This document shows positions 52,866 to 64,000 of a stretch of 64,000 bases of DNA, in pieces. The notes beneath the pieces were generated by a model. That model was not told the origin of the DNA, ran no database searches, and saw only the letters and a list, made by a program, of their open reading frames with translations. Origin of the DNA: Octopus sinensis. Lineage: Eukaryota. Each line of letters begins with the position of its first letter. Within the stretch, counting starts at the first letter, position 1. The position numbers and the translations under genes were made by a program. The stretch covers positions 100,192,001 to 100,256,000 of the forward strand of contig NC_043004.1 in the NCBI RefSeq assembly GCF_006345805.1. Direction: 5' to 3'.

Positions 52866-55085
52866 AGTAAAAATACATATAGCGTTTGGTTTCCCTGTCT
52901 ATGCATTTTCCACTTGTAAGATAAATTATGAATTCATTAGAACTCCATACGTGTGAGAGAGAATCATTTTAGATAAATTTCCTCAGATGACACTTACCTG
53001 AATTCGATTCTCAACTGATATAAAGACCGCTGGTACAATCACAAGTACGGCATAAGAAGGAAAATATGGGAATTGAACCATATACTGTAGAATACATTCA
53101 TGTGTCTATTTTGATATCTTTCTGCGTTTATTTGTGTGGATGTCTATATGACATGGGTATATATGTGCGCTTAAACATGTCCTCCTCTTCCTCCTTTGCC
53201 ACCAATTATCTTCATTATATTCGTATTAATTTACTCTCTATGTCATTAAACGAGTCTGTAAGGTCTTACAGCATAGCTAAACTTGATCCCGTATTACGTT
53301 ATATGTTTCAATGTCCTCAGCTCAACAGCAGTTCAAGCTAAATATTGTTTCGTAGTTTTATTCGGTGTAACAATTATTGTTGAGAATCTTGCTAATGCAT
53401 CTAACCGCATATTCAATCAGTAGTGTTATATCTACTTGTTTCTCGTACCCAACTTAGCCGTCGCTCAAGGCACATGAGCAACTTAGATACGATTCGGATA
53501 TTTTAAAATGTTTTAAAGCAGTGAGCTGGCAGAACCGTTAGTGGTTAGTGGCAATTCGGCCTTCCTTATAGCCTGAGTTCAAATTCCACCAATATCGGCA
53601 TCGCCTTTCATCGTTTCGTGGCCGATAAAATAAGTACCCATTGATATATTCGACTTGACCCCTCTATCGAAATTGCCGGATTTGAAACTAATATTTTAAA
53701 CCGTTCGAGTTTCAAAAGTATGAAATGAGTTGTTCACAGCTTGGAAGTATTTTGATAATGGATCTTCTTTTATATCCTGGCTAACTTGGGGGATTAAAAA
53801 TACCCACAACTACTGCAGTTTCCCTCTTTTAAATACACTAGCCAATTTATTTGATTTCAGTTCATTCTTTCATAAAATGCAAAAATGTGTAGGAGTCAGA
53901 ATGCCTACATCTTTGTAGTTCTTTAATAGATAAAAGTTTACTAAAATTAAAGTGTTTCGACTTGTGAGAAAGCCTTGTATGTGTGTGTTTTATTACCTCA
54001 GTCCCAGTAACCCAACGAGGGAATATCTCTGCAGTGGCTTGACCTGCTTCTATTCCCAGCCAAATTTGCAGCAACTACGCCCAGATGTCTTTAAAAAGGA
54101 AGGACGCGCCAGATGTGGTAATGTAATTATAGTTAAATGCAAAATGCTCGCATAAAAATGGGCATGGTTTGCTTAGTAAGACTGGTCTTAAATAACAAGA
54201 GCAACACTTTTATTATATGGTAATATCGTTAAAATATAGAATAAAGAGTATAAAATACTATGTTGTTAAAATATATTTAAAATATTGCTTTCAAGAAACA
54301 CCTTTTTTTCCCTTTAGGTGATCATTATACATCCCACGGGCAAAGCTTCTTTGTTCTTCCTTAATTATTTGATCTAATATGCAAATATCCACATTTGCCG
54401 AGAAAAAACGGAATAATAAATTATAAATGTCATGATGAGAAAGTAGTTAGGAAAGAGGGAAAAAAATAGAAGGCAAAATACTTCATGAATATATATTTTC
54501 TGTTTTTTAATTATAAAGACTATAAAACCATTCAAAGAGATCTGAATCACTCCTAATTTAGATTTGCGAACGTTCGTAATGGCGGTGGGAGCTGCGAGCC
54601 ATGGAATTGCTAAAATTAACACTGATTGAGTAAATGTAGAGTATGAATGAAGCTGATCAAACAGTGTTTCTAGATGTGGCTATCCTGTCCTTAGGGTGGA
54701 TGTTGTTGTTGTTATATTTGTTGTTGTTGCTTTTGTGGTTATTGTTGTGTAGCTCTTTATTTGAGCAGACTTAAAGTATTCCTTATGAAGCCAGTGAGCA
54801 GCCATTCTATTTGCTAAAAATAGCAACCATATCCCTTTTTATATCATACACCTCAATCTTGAAAAATAAAGAACAGGTTCGATAATATAGCTGTAGATAT
54901 ACTGCGATAAAGGAGACGGGATGTTCACAACAGGATTGCCTTTGATCACAGGTACACTATTTAAGGTATGACCAGGGGTTAAACAACAAAAGACTAATAA
55001 TTTAAGTGACAAAGTATGACTCAGGTATCTATTGTTCCAAGTATATCGATGTGTGAATGTATCCTCTCGAGTTAAGCGTAAATTA

Positions 55086-55325
55086 GAAGGCGGCGAGCTG
55101 GCAGAATCGTTAACACGCGGGGCGAAATGCTTAGCGGTATTTCGTCTGCCGCTACGAAATGAGCTCAAATTCCGCCGAGGTCGACTTTGCCTCTCATCCT
55201 TTCGGGGTCGATTAAATAAGTACCAGTTACGCACTGGGGTCGATATAATCGGCTTAATCCTTTTGTCAGTCCTTGTTTGTTCCCTCTGTGTTTAGCCCCT
55301 TGTGGGTAGTAAAGAAATAGGTATT
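55086..55325 (+). mobile_element. SINE family A
   Basis: AAGGCGGCGAGCTGGCAGAATCG...core...GTTTAGCCCCTTGTGGGTAGTAAAGAAATAGG. Confidence 0.9.
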
Positions 55326-57154
55326 GTTCGTAAATTAGTGGGAAGTAAAATATATGATGGAAGTTCGAATCTTAGTATCGGCTACATCACAAATTCAACA
55401 ATGATGAGGAAGATTAGTTGAATATGCCACGCATAGTGCATTGGTTTAATGATTAATGGATTTTATCTTTACTAAATTAGTTTCAGTAATGTGTGATGAT
55501 TAAAATTACTGCATTAGTCACAAACAGAAAAGAAATCAAATGATAAAAATAAAATGAGACAAAACAATTACATTACAAGTTTCTAACTGATTAAAAAAAA
55601 CCTGTAAAACAAATTATATATCGCATTAATAGCTCTGGCTAATAAATCGTTGATCATTAATAGTAGTTGAAGACAAGTGCTGAACGTGGAGTTGAAATAT
55701 AGAATCATCTGGAAAGGAATAAACTAAAGTGGGTTCGTGCTAACTATGCCTGTCTCATTGAAAGATTTGGAACCATTATTGCAAGTTAATGAAGCATTAT
55801 TAATATATAGTTGGTTTGTAGTCTTATAACATCATGAGAAAAATTTCTATGTGTTATTCATTTATTTTGCTCATGTTCTGAGTTCAAATTCCGCTGGTGT
55901 TAATAACTGCCTTTCATCCCTCCAGTGTCGATATGATAAACCACCATTTAAGTAAAGTGACCGATTTATTCGACTTAACCGGCACACCCAAATTTCAGAC
56001 CTTGTGTTCCTATATTAGAACAATGATCTAGATATAATATGAGTATTTTATATTAAATGCCAGTGATGATGGCACCGATAACAGAATTAGTCCAAACCAC
56101 ATGTGAATACTTTAAAAGCTTCACTTGTAAATGATAGTAATCCAACTCTATTATATTCTCTTGTTATATTTTTACATATCTAGGTGAGGTAAATCATCCG
56201 GTCATTTGGTGTTTGACAGGAACGACTCTTCCTACTATAGAAATTAACAATTCTGCTGATGCGGGCCGACCGGATGTTTTCTGTGACTAAAGAGGCATAA
56301 TAAAACCGAAAAACCGGTGTCTGATAGTCGTTATTTATACACGTCATCGACAGCAAGAAGTTGTTCTCCGAATCAAAATTCATTAGGAAAAGTTATATTC
56401 AGTTTTGTGACTGCCAGAAAATGTTAAGAATGAATGAATAAATGGTTGTTCTGATTCTCGTCTTTTTTGTCTTTTTTCTTTCGCTTGGCCACGATATTCA
56501 TCAACAGCTTGAGAAGCTTCAGCGCGCATCTGCAAATGTTGTGTTTGTAGCTTGCTCCAGTTGTTTTGGTCAAGCTCCAAATGAAAGTGTGGTAACGCTC
56601 ACTGGTAAAAGGCAATCGCCTTCACTGGAACATATCAACAATGCGTGTACTCATAGTCGTTACTTCACTCTATTGCTTCTATTAAATACATTTTTCCAGT
56701 ATCTATGTACCAACGTGCATCATTCATTCCTCCTGTCTTTGTTTTACACTTTTTCTCCTTATCTCTTTTTCTCTCCCCCACACATTCTCCCTCTCTATCT
56801 CTTTCTCTATCTCTCTGTATGTATGTAATATGTACTCCTGGTCAGCGTGTGTTTGTGTTTGTGTGTGCCTGTCATATGTGTGCGTATATACGTGCGTGTG
56901 TGTGTGTAGTTATCTTGCTGCAATTTTAAATACGTGGGCATTTTGTTTCATATTCTCTCACTATCTTGCATAAAGGCTTCGAAATTGATGAGATTAATAA
57001 TTCATAGTCTCTGTGGTGCCTTCAGGAAAAAGATCATCAAGTACATCATTGCTTGTAAATGTATAAAATATATATATAACTATGTGTGTGTGTGTGTAAG
57101 TATATATATGTGTGCATGTGTGTGTTTATATATATGTGTGTGAGTTTATATCTA

Positions 57155-57185
<31 letters not shown>

Positions 57186-57251
57186 GTTATATATATACAT
57201 ATATATATATATATTTCAGTGTGTATGTATGTATACTTCTGTATAGATATT

Positions 57252-57300
<49 letters not shown>

Positions 57301-57484
57301 GTATGTATATATTAATTGCTTCTACGAACATTCATTTGTATATTTGATAGTGTATAAGCAAACGGGTTGAGTGATTGTCTTTCTTTCTCTCTCTTCTCTG
57401 TATATGTGTTTGTGTATCTATGGTATGTGTGTTTGCGTGCGTATACATACATATATATATATATATATATAGATAGATAGATAT

Positions 57485-57521
<37 letters not shown>

Positions 57522-57946
57522 GATATAGATACATACATGCATACATACATACATACATACATACATACATACATACATACATACATACATACATACATAC
57601 ATACATGCATACATACACGTATATATATACCTAGAGAGAGTGAGTGAGCGAGAGAAGGAGAAAATAAGGGGAAAGAGGGACTAGAAATAAAGACCACACA
57701 CAATTTAATACTACGTAAGTGAGAGATCGTGTTTACAAGGAATAATCTAGGAACATTTCATGGAAGCAATTTCTTACAAGAACATAATCTAAAATGTGTC
57801 CATTAAAAAGAATTCATCTTAGGATGTTTGAAATAAATAATGAAATTTCATGTTAATAAAACCTACAGATGCACAAATATGGCTGTATCAGTGTGCGCGT
57901 GAGTGTACCCGTATGTGCGTGCATTTACGAGTGTGTGCACGTGCGT

Positions 57947-57991
<45 letters not shown>

Positions 57992-58527
57992 CGCGCGTGT
58001 GTGTGTGTGTGTGTGTACGTACATGTATGTATTTGTATGTATATGTAAGCATGTGAGCCAGGGTATGTATGTGTGATAAACTATTATAATTTATAGACAA
58101 TTGGACATCGGCCATTTCTTTTGTTATCTAAAGAAGGAATCGAAACCGACATTACAAGTCGACATAATTGCTTTGTTTTACAGAGATATCGCTACTTATA
58201 TGGACGATACCCTTTCTTCTCTGTATTTTGTTCGCCTTCATATTGATTCTGTCAAACCACTACTCGGGAGAAATTACTGGTTTGTGACTTAGTTAAAATG
58301 CTACAAATTTTGGCGGGAAATTATAGTTAGTTACTGCAATTATTAAGATTATTGCTTTTGGAAGGGTGTGTGTGTAAGGTTTGCGTAATGTGTTATTCAG
58401 AGCAGGATACATTACCATTACTTTGGACTCCATATGGTCTTTTATAATTCGAAATATTGGTCTGTGGAAAAAACTGTATCATTTTTCAAAGAATGTTTGA
58501 GTTCTCTATGGGTGTTTCGCATAGAGA

Positions 58528-58745
58528 GAAGGTGGTGAGCTGGCAGAATCGTTACCATTCTGGATCAAGTACTTAGTGTCACTTCGTCCGTCTTTACCTT
58601 CTGAGTTCAAATTCCGTCCACATCGAATTTGCCTTTCATCCTTTCGGGTTCGAAAAGCTAAGGCCCAGTTCAGCACTAATGTCGACGTAACCCCCTTAGA
58701 CCGTCTCCCCAGATTGCTGGCTTGCGCCAAAACGATGAAATCGGT
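58528..58745 (+). mobile_element. SINE family A, decayed
   Basis: AAGGTGGTGAGCTGGCAGAATCG...GAGTTCAAATTCCG...GCCTTTCATCCTTTCGGG. Confidence 0.75.
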
Positions 58746-59106
58746 ATTTCGTACACAGAGTATATACATTCATATAAGTAGATAAATGCTTGAATCTTGA
58801 AAGTTGAATGCGCAACATTCATTATTTAAACTTATTACAATTCTTTCAACATATGTATGACAAGAGCGCGGGAATGGCTGTGTGGTAACCAGCTTGCTTC
58901 TCAACAACATGGTTCTGGGTTCACTCCCATTGAACAAGTGGGCAATGACTTATACCATTGCCTCGATTCAACCAAAGCCTTGTGAATGGATTTTGTTAGC
59001 GGAAACTGAAAGAAGCCCTTCGTATTATATATATATATATATATTTCAAAATGTGCCCTCGTGTGTACCGTTGGCGATTTTTTTCCTCTGTCTTCCCTTC
59101 TCCTAT

Positions 59107-59141
59107 GTTTCCGACGAAGAGCTCCGCTCGAAACGTTAAAC
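59107..59141 (+). ncRNA. Minimal hammerhead-like motif (second copy of the 51832 family)
   Basis: GTTT-CCGACGA-A-GAGC(tcc)GCTC-GAAA-CG-TT-AAAC. Confidence 0.6.
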
Positions 59142-59237
59142 CCTCCTTCTTTCCTTCTTTCCTGAGCGTCCAATAATACTATATTTGTTCCACGTCCTCG
59201 CGTTGTTGTGTGTTTTTTTGTGCTTTCTTGTTTGGAT

Positions 59238-59278
<41 letters not shown>

Positions 59279-59280
59279 AA

Positions 59281-59469
59281 TTGAGGGTAAAATTAATTAA
59301 TTAATCAATTTCACCAAGTATTCAGTATGCAAAGGGACCATTTAAGGCGAATTCAATTATTACATTATATAAAAGAGCTTAGTAAAATAAATTACTTTGC
59401 CGCATACTGAACTCATTAGACTCTAATGAGTTCAGTATGCGGCAAAGTAATTTATTTACTAAGCCCTTT

Positions 59470-59478
<9 letters not shown>
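59281..59478. mobile_element. Short asymmetric fold-back cassette related to 15981-16452
   Basis: Starts AGGGTAAAATTAATTAATT...CCAAG...CAGTATG.AAA.GGACCATTTA. Hairpin of about 55 bp per arm centred at about 59421 (GAACTCATTAGA-C-TCTAATGAGTTC). Confidence 0.8.
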
Positions 59479-59515
<37 letters not shown>

Positions 59516-59596
59516 CATAATATAATATATATAATTTATATATAATATATATATTATATTTATATTCATATATTATATATATATATATATATATCC

Positions 59597-59630
<34 letters not shown>

Positions 59631-59658
59631 TATATATATATATATTATATATCTTAAT

Positions 59659-59738
<80 letters not shown>

Positions 59739-59957
59739 CATATATATGCCTGTGTTCCCCCCCTGCCATCTTGACAACTATTGCTGGTGTGTTTGTCCAG
59801 TAAGTTAGCGGTTCGACAAAAGAGACCAATAGGAATAAGGACCGGGCTTACAAAGAATATGTCCTGAGAGCGATATCTTCGACTAAAGACCTTTAATGCG
59901 AAGCTCCAGCATGGCCGCAGTCTGAAACAAGTTAAAGAATAAAAGAAATTCCAATTC

Positions 59958-61048
59958 ATGCCACGTACAAAACGTAGCACCCCGTACTATCTAGCCAGGA
60001 AAATTTGTACTATAGCCGATGATCCAAATACCAGAAACACACGACTTATAGAATTCAAAGGGTTTCTACTTATAGAAAATAGGATACCTATAGAAAAATT
60101 TAGGGCAACACGTAAAAGACGAAAATATCAAAGGAACACAATGTCATTTCTAGTAACACACAATCCATATCACGAAAACATTTTTAACATCATCAAAACA
60201 AATTTGCCAATCAAAGTGAAAAATTAAAAAAACATAACTAATCAGACACTTATCTTAAGCAAAAGCAACCACATAATCTAAAGAAACTATTAACAAAGGC
60301 AAAATTCAACATGAACAAACAGGATAAAACCTTCATAGTATCCAAGTGTAATGATAACAGATGTGGAACATGTCAATGCATGCTTATTGGTAGATCCATT
60401 AGAACAAAAAATGGACAGATTTTCACAAATGCAAATATGAAATGCAAAAACAGAAATTTTATCTACTCCATTAAGTGCCGAAATTGCAAGGCAATATATA
60501 TAGACGAGACAGGGAATCCATGATCGGAACGCTCACGAGTCCACAGACATCAAATCCGGAACACCAATGTTTGCGAAATTCCATTGGGCAAACATATAGG
60601 GACATTTTTCCTTTCCACAAACTTCATGACACGAGTGAAGTTGGAAAGATAAAAGAAAAACGGTTTATTGAAATGTTCAAACTTGTTCTGAACCGAAATA
60701 GTAGCAATAATATAACAACTAGCTAATAATATGGATTAAAAAATATCTCTAGCATATAAATATAAACAAATTACAGACTTTTGATACGCCTGGCAAACTG
60801 TGATGTTTAACCTGCATGCGGATTGGTCGAAACCGTATTCTAAAAAAGTCAGCTTGTTAGAGCGTTCTAAGAGGTACTAAAGTTGTCAAAAATTCAACTG
60901 TAAGTTAAACACATTTCAAATGTGATGATTACTCTGCCTGAAAGCGTTAATTTAACTTTATGACCATTACATAAAAAAAATTTTTTCTCATGTTAAAATA
61001 TCATAAGGGAAAGTTGAAAACCAGACCATGTTTTAACTTTATATAACT

Positions 61049-61050
<2 letters not shown>
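59958..61050 (+). pseudogene. 5'-truncated Penelope-like element: RT thumb, Cys-rich linker and GIY-YIG endonuclease (Neptune-type), frameshifted
   Basis: TKRSTPYYLARKICTI (thumb); SKCNDNRCGTC (Zn-finger-like linker); MKCKNRNFIYSIKCRNCKAIYIDETG (GIY-YIG-type); KEKRFIEMFK..LN C-terminus; then a UTR running into (TA)n. Confidence 0.85.
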
Positions 61051-61084
<34 letters not shown>

Positions 61085-61085
<1 letters not shown>

Positions 61086-62305
61086 TCATTCTCTTTCAGT
61101 GCCTTATTACTTAACACACTCACCGGTTCGATTTCCATTCATTTACCTATTTTTTCTAAAATTTTCATTGCATCTTGCAACCTCTTCAAAATAAATGAGT
61201 AAATGAGTGGAAATCGAACTGGTGAGTGTGTTAAGTTATAAGGCACTAAAAGAGAATGACTCTCCCTAGACACAATAAAATATGCTTCAACACACGAATT
61301 CACATACATCTTACAAACCAAATACAAAAGCGTAATATTCCCCAAAACTCAATGCTATTAGCTTAGATTTCGGAGCGGGAGGGGGCAGCCAGTTTTGAAC
61401 AGTCTCAGGTGTAACTGCCCAAAACTGTAAGGATAATTTGGTAACTTGACTGATGAGAGAAACTTGCGAATGATCCATCTATGCTTTTCCTGTCCATCTT
61501 CGCATCATTTATCGTGCGTTCTTGTTCCATTTTTTGGATTTAAATATATCGGCGAACGTACACTTTTGCTCACTTTGCAAGTATGTATCTAAATTTTGTA
61601 CGTCGCTTTTACTCTTTCTTTTAGCCACCCCCACCTACTCATACTTTCTTTCCTCTTTAATTTTTCTCACGCTACCCCTCTCTCACGTTTGTTGGCCTTC
61701 TCTTCCTTTAATTTTGACTTTTCATCCTCGTTTATTTCCCTTGTTCATTTCTCTATGTCACTTTGATTCCTCTCTTTCTCGTTCTTCCCCTAACCCTTCA
61801 ATCGCGCTGCCACCTATCTCCCTCTTAACCTTCCACGTGACCGGTGTTCGGTCAGGCATGATCTTTCTTTGTTGGCTTGACTGCCAGCCGCGAAACATCT
61901 CTGATATTCCCGTCCCTTGACTTTCCTTTCTTATAATCCTGCCTCAAGGCTTCCACTCTAAACACGCCAACTCAACTTGATGTGTCTTTATTAGTCGAAA
62001 GACACTTGTTGTTAATTTTTTTATTTGTAATCATGTTACATGTTCTTCGTTTTTTGCCTTTGTTGTCGTACACATTCGCTTGCTTTCTTCCCAAACAATT
62101 AATGCTCTTGGCTTAGACTCTTAGGGGCAGCCAGATTTGAACAGTTTTAAGTGTAATTGCCTGAAACTTTAAGGATAAATTGGTGACTCGACTGATGAGA
62201 GGAACTTGCGAATGACCCGTCCTTGACATTTTACTGTCCGTCTTCGCATCGTCTGTCTATCCAAATGTTTTATTGTCGTCTGTTGCGTTCTTGTTACATT
62301 TTGTA
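61085..62305 (+). mobile_element. Non-coding PLE-type insertion: 5' hairpin plus ~200-bp direct repeats (pseudo-LTR-like), bounded by (TA)n
   Basis: Hairpin 61085-61260. About 61345-61532 is repeated at about 62097-62303. A degenerate HHR CAAC-TTGATGT-GTCT(ttatt)AGTC-GAAA-GACAC-TT-GTTG lies at 61973-62011. Confidence 0.7.
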
Positions 62306-62471
62306 TATATATATATAGATATTATATAATATAGATAAGGGTGTCGAGACCCCACCATTGCCGAAATAGCAGTCAAATCCCTGACTCTAAAGCCCACCTT
62401 AAATGTTCATATCGCACCATGAGATAAGATAGAGGGACAAAATAGACTAGCAAAAAGATATTACTGAATAA

Positions 62472-62528
62472 TTCAAGATCCTGGATTTCTAGATTTGCTT
62501 TAAATAAGCTTTGCCTTCATCAGTTGAA
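62472..62528 (-). ncRNA. Type I hammerhead motif
   Basis: Reverse complement UUCAA-CUGAUGA-[AGGCAAAGCUUAUUUAAAGCAAAUCUA]-GAAA-UCCAGGA-UC-UUGAA; AUC triplet. Confidence 0.7.
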
Positions 62529-62552
62529 CATATCAGATGGGCTTCCGATATA

Positions 62553-62593
62553 TTCAACTGATGAAGGCAAAGCTAGAAAACCAGGATCTTGAA
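62553..62593 (+). ncRNA. Type I hammerhead motif (stem II shortened by deletion)
   Basis: TTCAA-CTGATGA-AGGCAAAGCTA-GAAA-ACCAGGA-TC-TTGAA. Confidence 0.6.
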
Positions 62594-62833
62594 TTATTCA
62601 GTAATATCATTTTGCTAGTCTATTTTGTCCCTCTGTCTTAACTCATGGTGTGATATGAACATTTAAGGTGGTCTTTAGAGTCAGGGATTTGACTGCTATT
62701 TCGGCATGGTGGTGTCTCAGACGCTCTTATTTTTAGTTGTAAAACAATTATTACCTTTGTATGGTATTTTATCCCATGCTGGCCACTTGATAACATCGAT
62801 ATTCAAATATCGATATTATCCTTATTTATAATT

Positions 62834-62864
<31 letters not shown>

Positions 62865-62941
62865 GATTATATATAAATATATTAGAGAGACAAACAACTA
62901 TTTTGCAAAACAAACAGGAAAGACTTAATCATACATTGTTT

Positions 62942-64000
62942 AATAATGTTAAAGATTTTATTTCTAGAATTAAATGGAAAGCTTTTTACTATAATTTTTA
63001 TTTATTTAATGATATTGATAGTGGAATGATAATTTTACCTCTAATTTTAAATCTAGAAGGAACCTCCATTTAATAAAGAATTACAATTACTTGAAGAGAG
63101 TATATGGAAGGTGGTAAAAAATATTGAATTCCATAAATAACCCAAATAGAAATAATGAATATTTAAGGAATTTAGCAATTAAAATTAAAGATATTGATAA
63201 TATGGATGGTATTATAGTACAATCTGATAAAACAAGGAACTTATATAAATTAGATGTTAATTTATATGATAAACTATTAGGGAAGAAATAATTAAAAAAT
63301 AAAATTGTTCCAGATATATTCTTTATAATATTAATAAGGCCTCTAAAGTAGTAATGTTAAAATATGAGTTGGATAATAAACTGAACCTTATGTACCTCTG
63401 CACCACCCCAGAATTACTCTTAAAGACCATAAGATAATTTTTATCAGACCCTAAAGTTAGATTAATTTGCCCATGTAATCGGACCTAGGTAAATTAAGTA
63501 AATTTATTTTAGATAAATATATTGATAAGTTAAATAAACTTAATTATTTAAAATTATGGTTTAGTAATAATAATACATTGAAATGGTTTAATAATATTAA
63601 GATAAAATCGTTATAAATTTATTCAAATAGATATAGATAATTATTATTCTTCTATTAATGAAATTGTGTTTAATAAAGCGCTTATTTTCGCAATGAATAA
63701 AGTGGGCATTCACGGGAAGAAGTTAATTTATTAAAATGGCTAGGAATCGCTAATAAATATAAAAATAAATTATGGGCTAGGAATGATACTAGAGATTTTT
63801 TTGATATACCTATGGGAGCACCAGATTCTGCACACTACTGATTTAGTAGGTATTTTTCTTTTTATCTGAACTCTCCAATTAGAAATTCTTAAGATAAGAG
63901 GTGGTTTATATAGAGACATCTTCTACTAATTACAAAGAATTGTACTAATAGGAATCTAGAAGTATATAAAGAAAAAACTATATAGTTTTCTTTAAAGATA
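62942..64000 (+). pseudogene. Penelope-like reverse transcriptase relic (many frameshifts; runs off the window)
   Basis: Manual translation, motifs in order: DFISRIKWKAFY (62954), IIVQSDKTRNLYKLD (63211), ITLKDHKDNF...PKVRLICP (63413-63473), KFIQIDIDNYYSSINE (63615, motif A), FFDIPMGAPDSA..DLVGIFL (63797, motif B), GGLYRD (63900, damaged YxDD). Absent from the ORF track. Confidence 0.85.

Larger units (their letters stand above)
58864..59945 (+). mobile_element. SINE family B split by nested insertions in its internal (TA)n
   Basis: Head 58864-59023 and tail about 59750-59945. Between them lie the HHR element 59050-59242 and the hairpin 59281-59478. Confidence 0.8.
62335..62830. mobile_element. 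Asymmetric fold-back pseudo-LTR cassette with an HHR in each arm
   Basis: About 62335-62536 is inverted at about 62546-62730; the right arm extends to (TA)n at about 62835. Confidence 0.85.

Noticed and set aside
245-59980. Most ORFs in the track (MYVC, YIYI, HTHT, CVCV, LSIY repeats and SINE-derived peptides such as CPRCHAVGLNPEP)
   Set aside because: They are translations of microsatellites and SINEs with no domain content.

Overview
AT-rich, microsatellite-saturated eukaryotic DNA with no recognisable intact host gene. The SINE families and the (TA)n/(TATG)n/(CA)n load resemble an octopus or other coleoid cephalopod intron or intergenic region; this is inference from repeat style, not a database result. 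Nearly all ORFs in the supplied track are translations of microsatellites or SINEs. Supported content: (1) at least three tRNA-derived SINE families in many copies; (2) LINE relics, namely a 5'-inverted RTE with a 9-bp TSD and a CR1-group 3' end; (3) two decayed Penelope-like element (PLE) coding relics, a thumb/Zn-finger/GIY-YIG region at about 59.96-60.72 kb and an RT at about 62.94-64.0 kb; (4) a non-autonomous Helitron and several MITEs. The main signal is about 13 type-I hammerhead-ribozyme (HHR) motifs from at least 6 unrelated non-coding families, mostly in asymmetric fold-back cassettes inside (TA)n or (AAT)n tracts. One family combines a tRNA-like Pol III head with a minimal HHR (37.09-37.59 kb) and is a candidate PLE-mobilised ribozyme-bearing SINE. 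Coordinates were read by eye, so element ends may be off by several nt, more for decayed copies.
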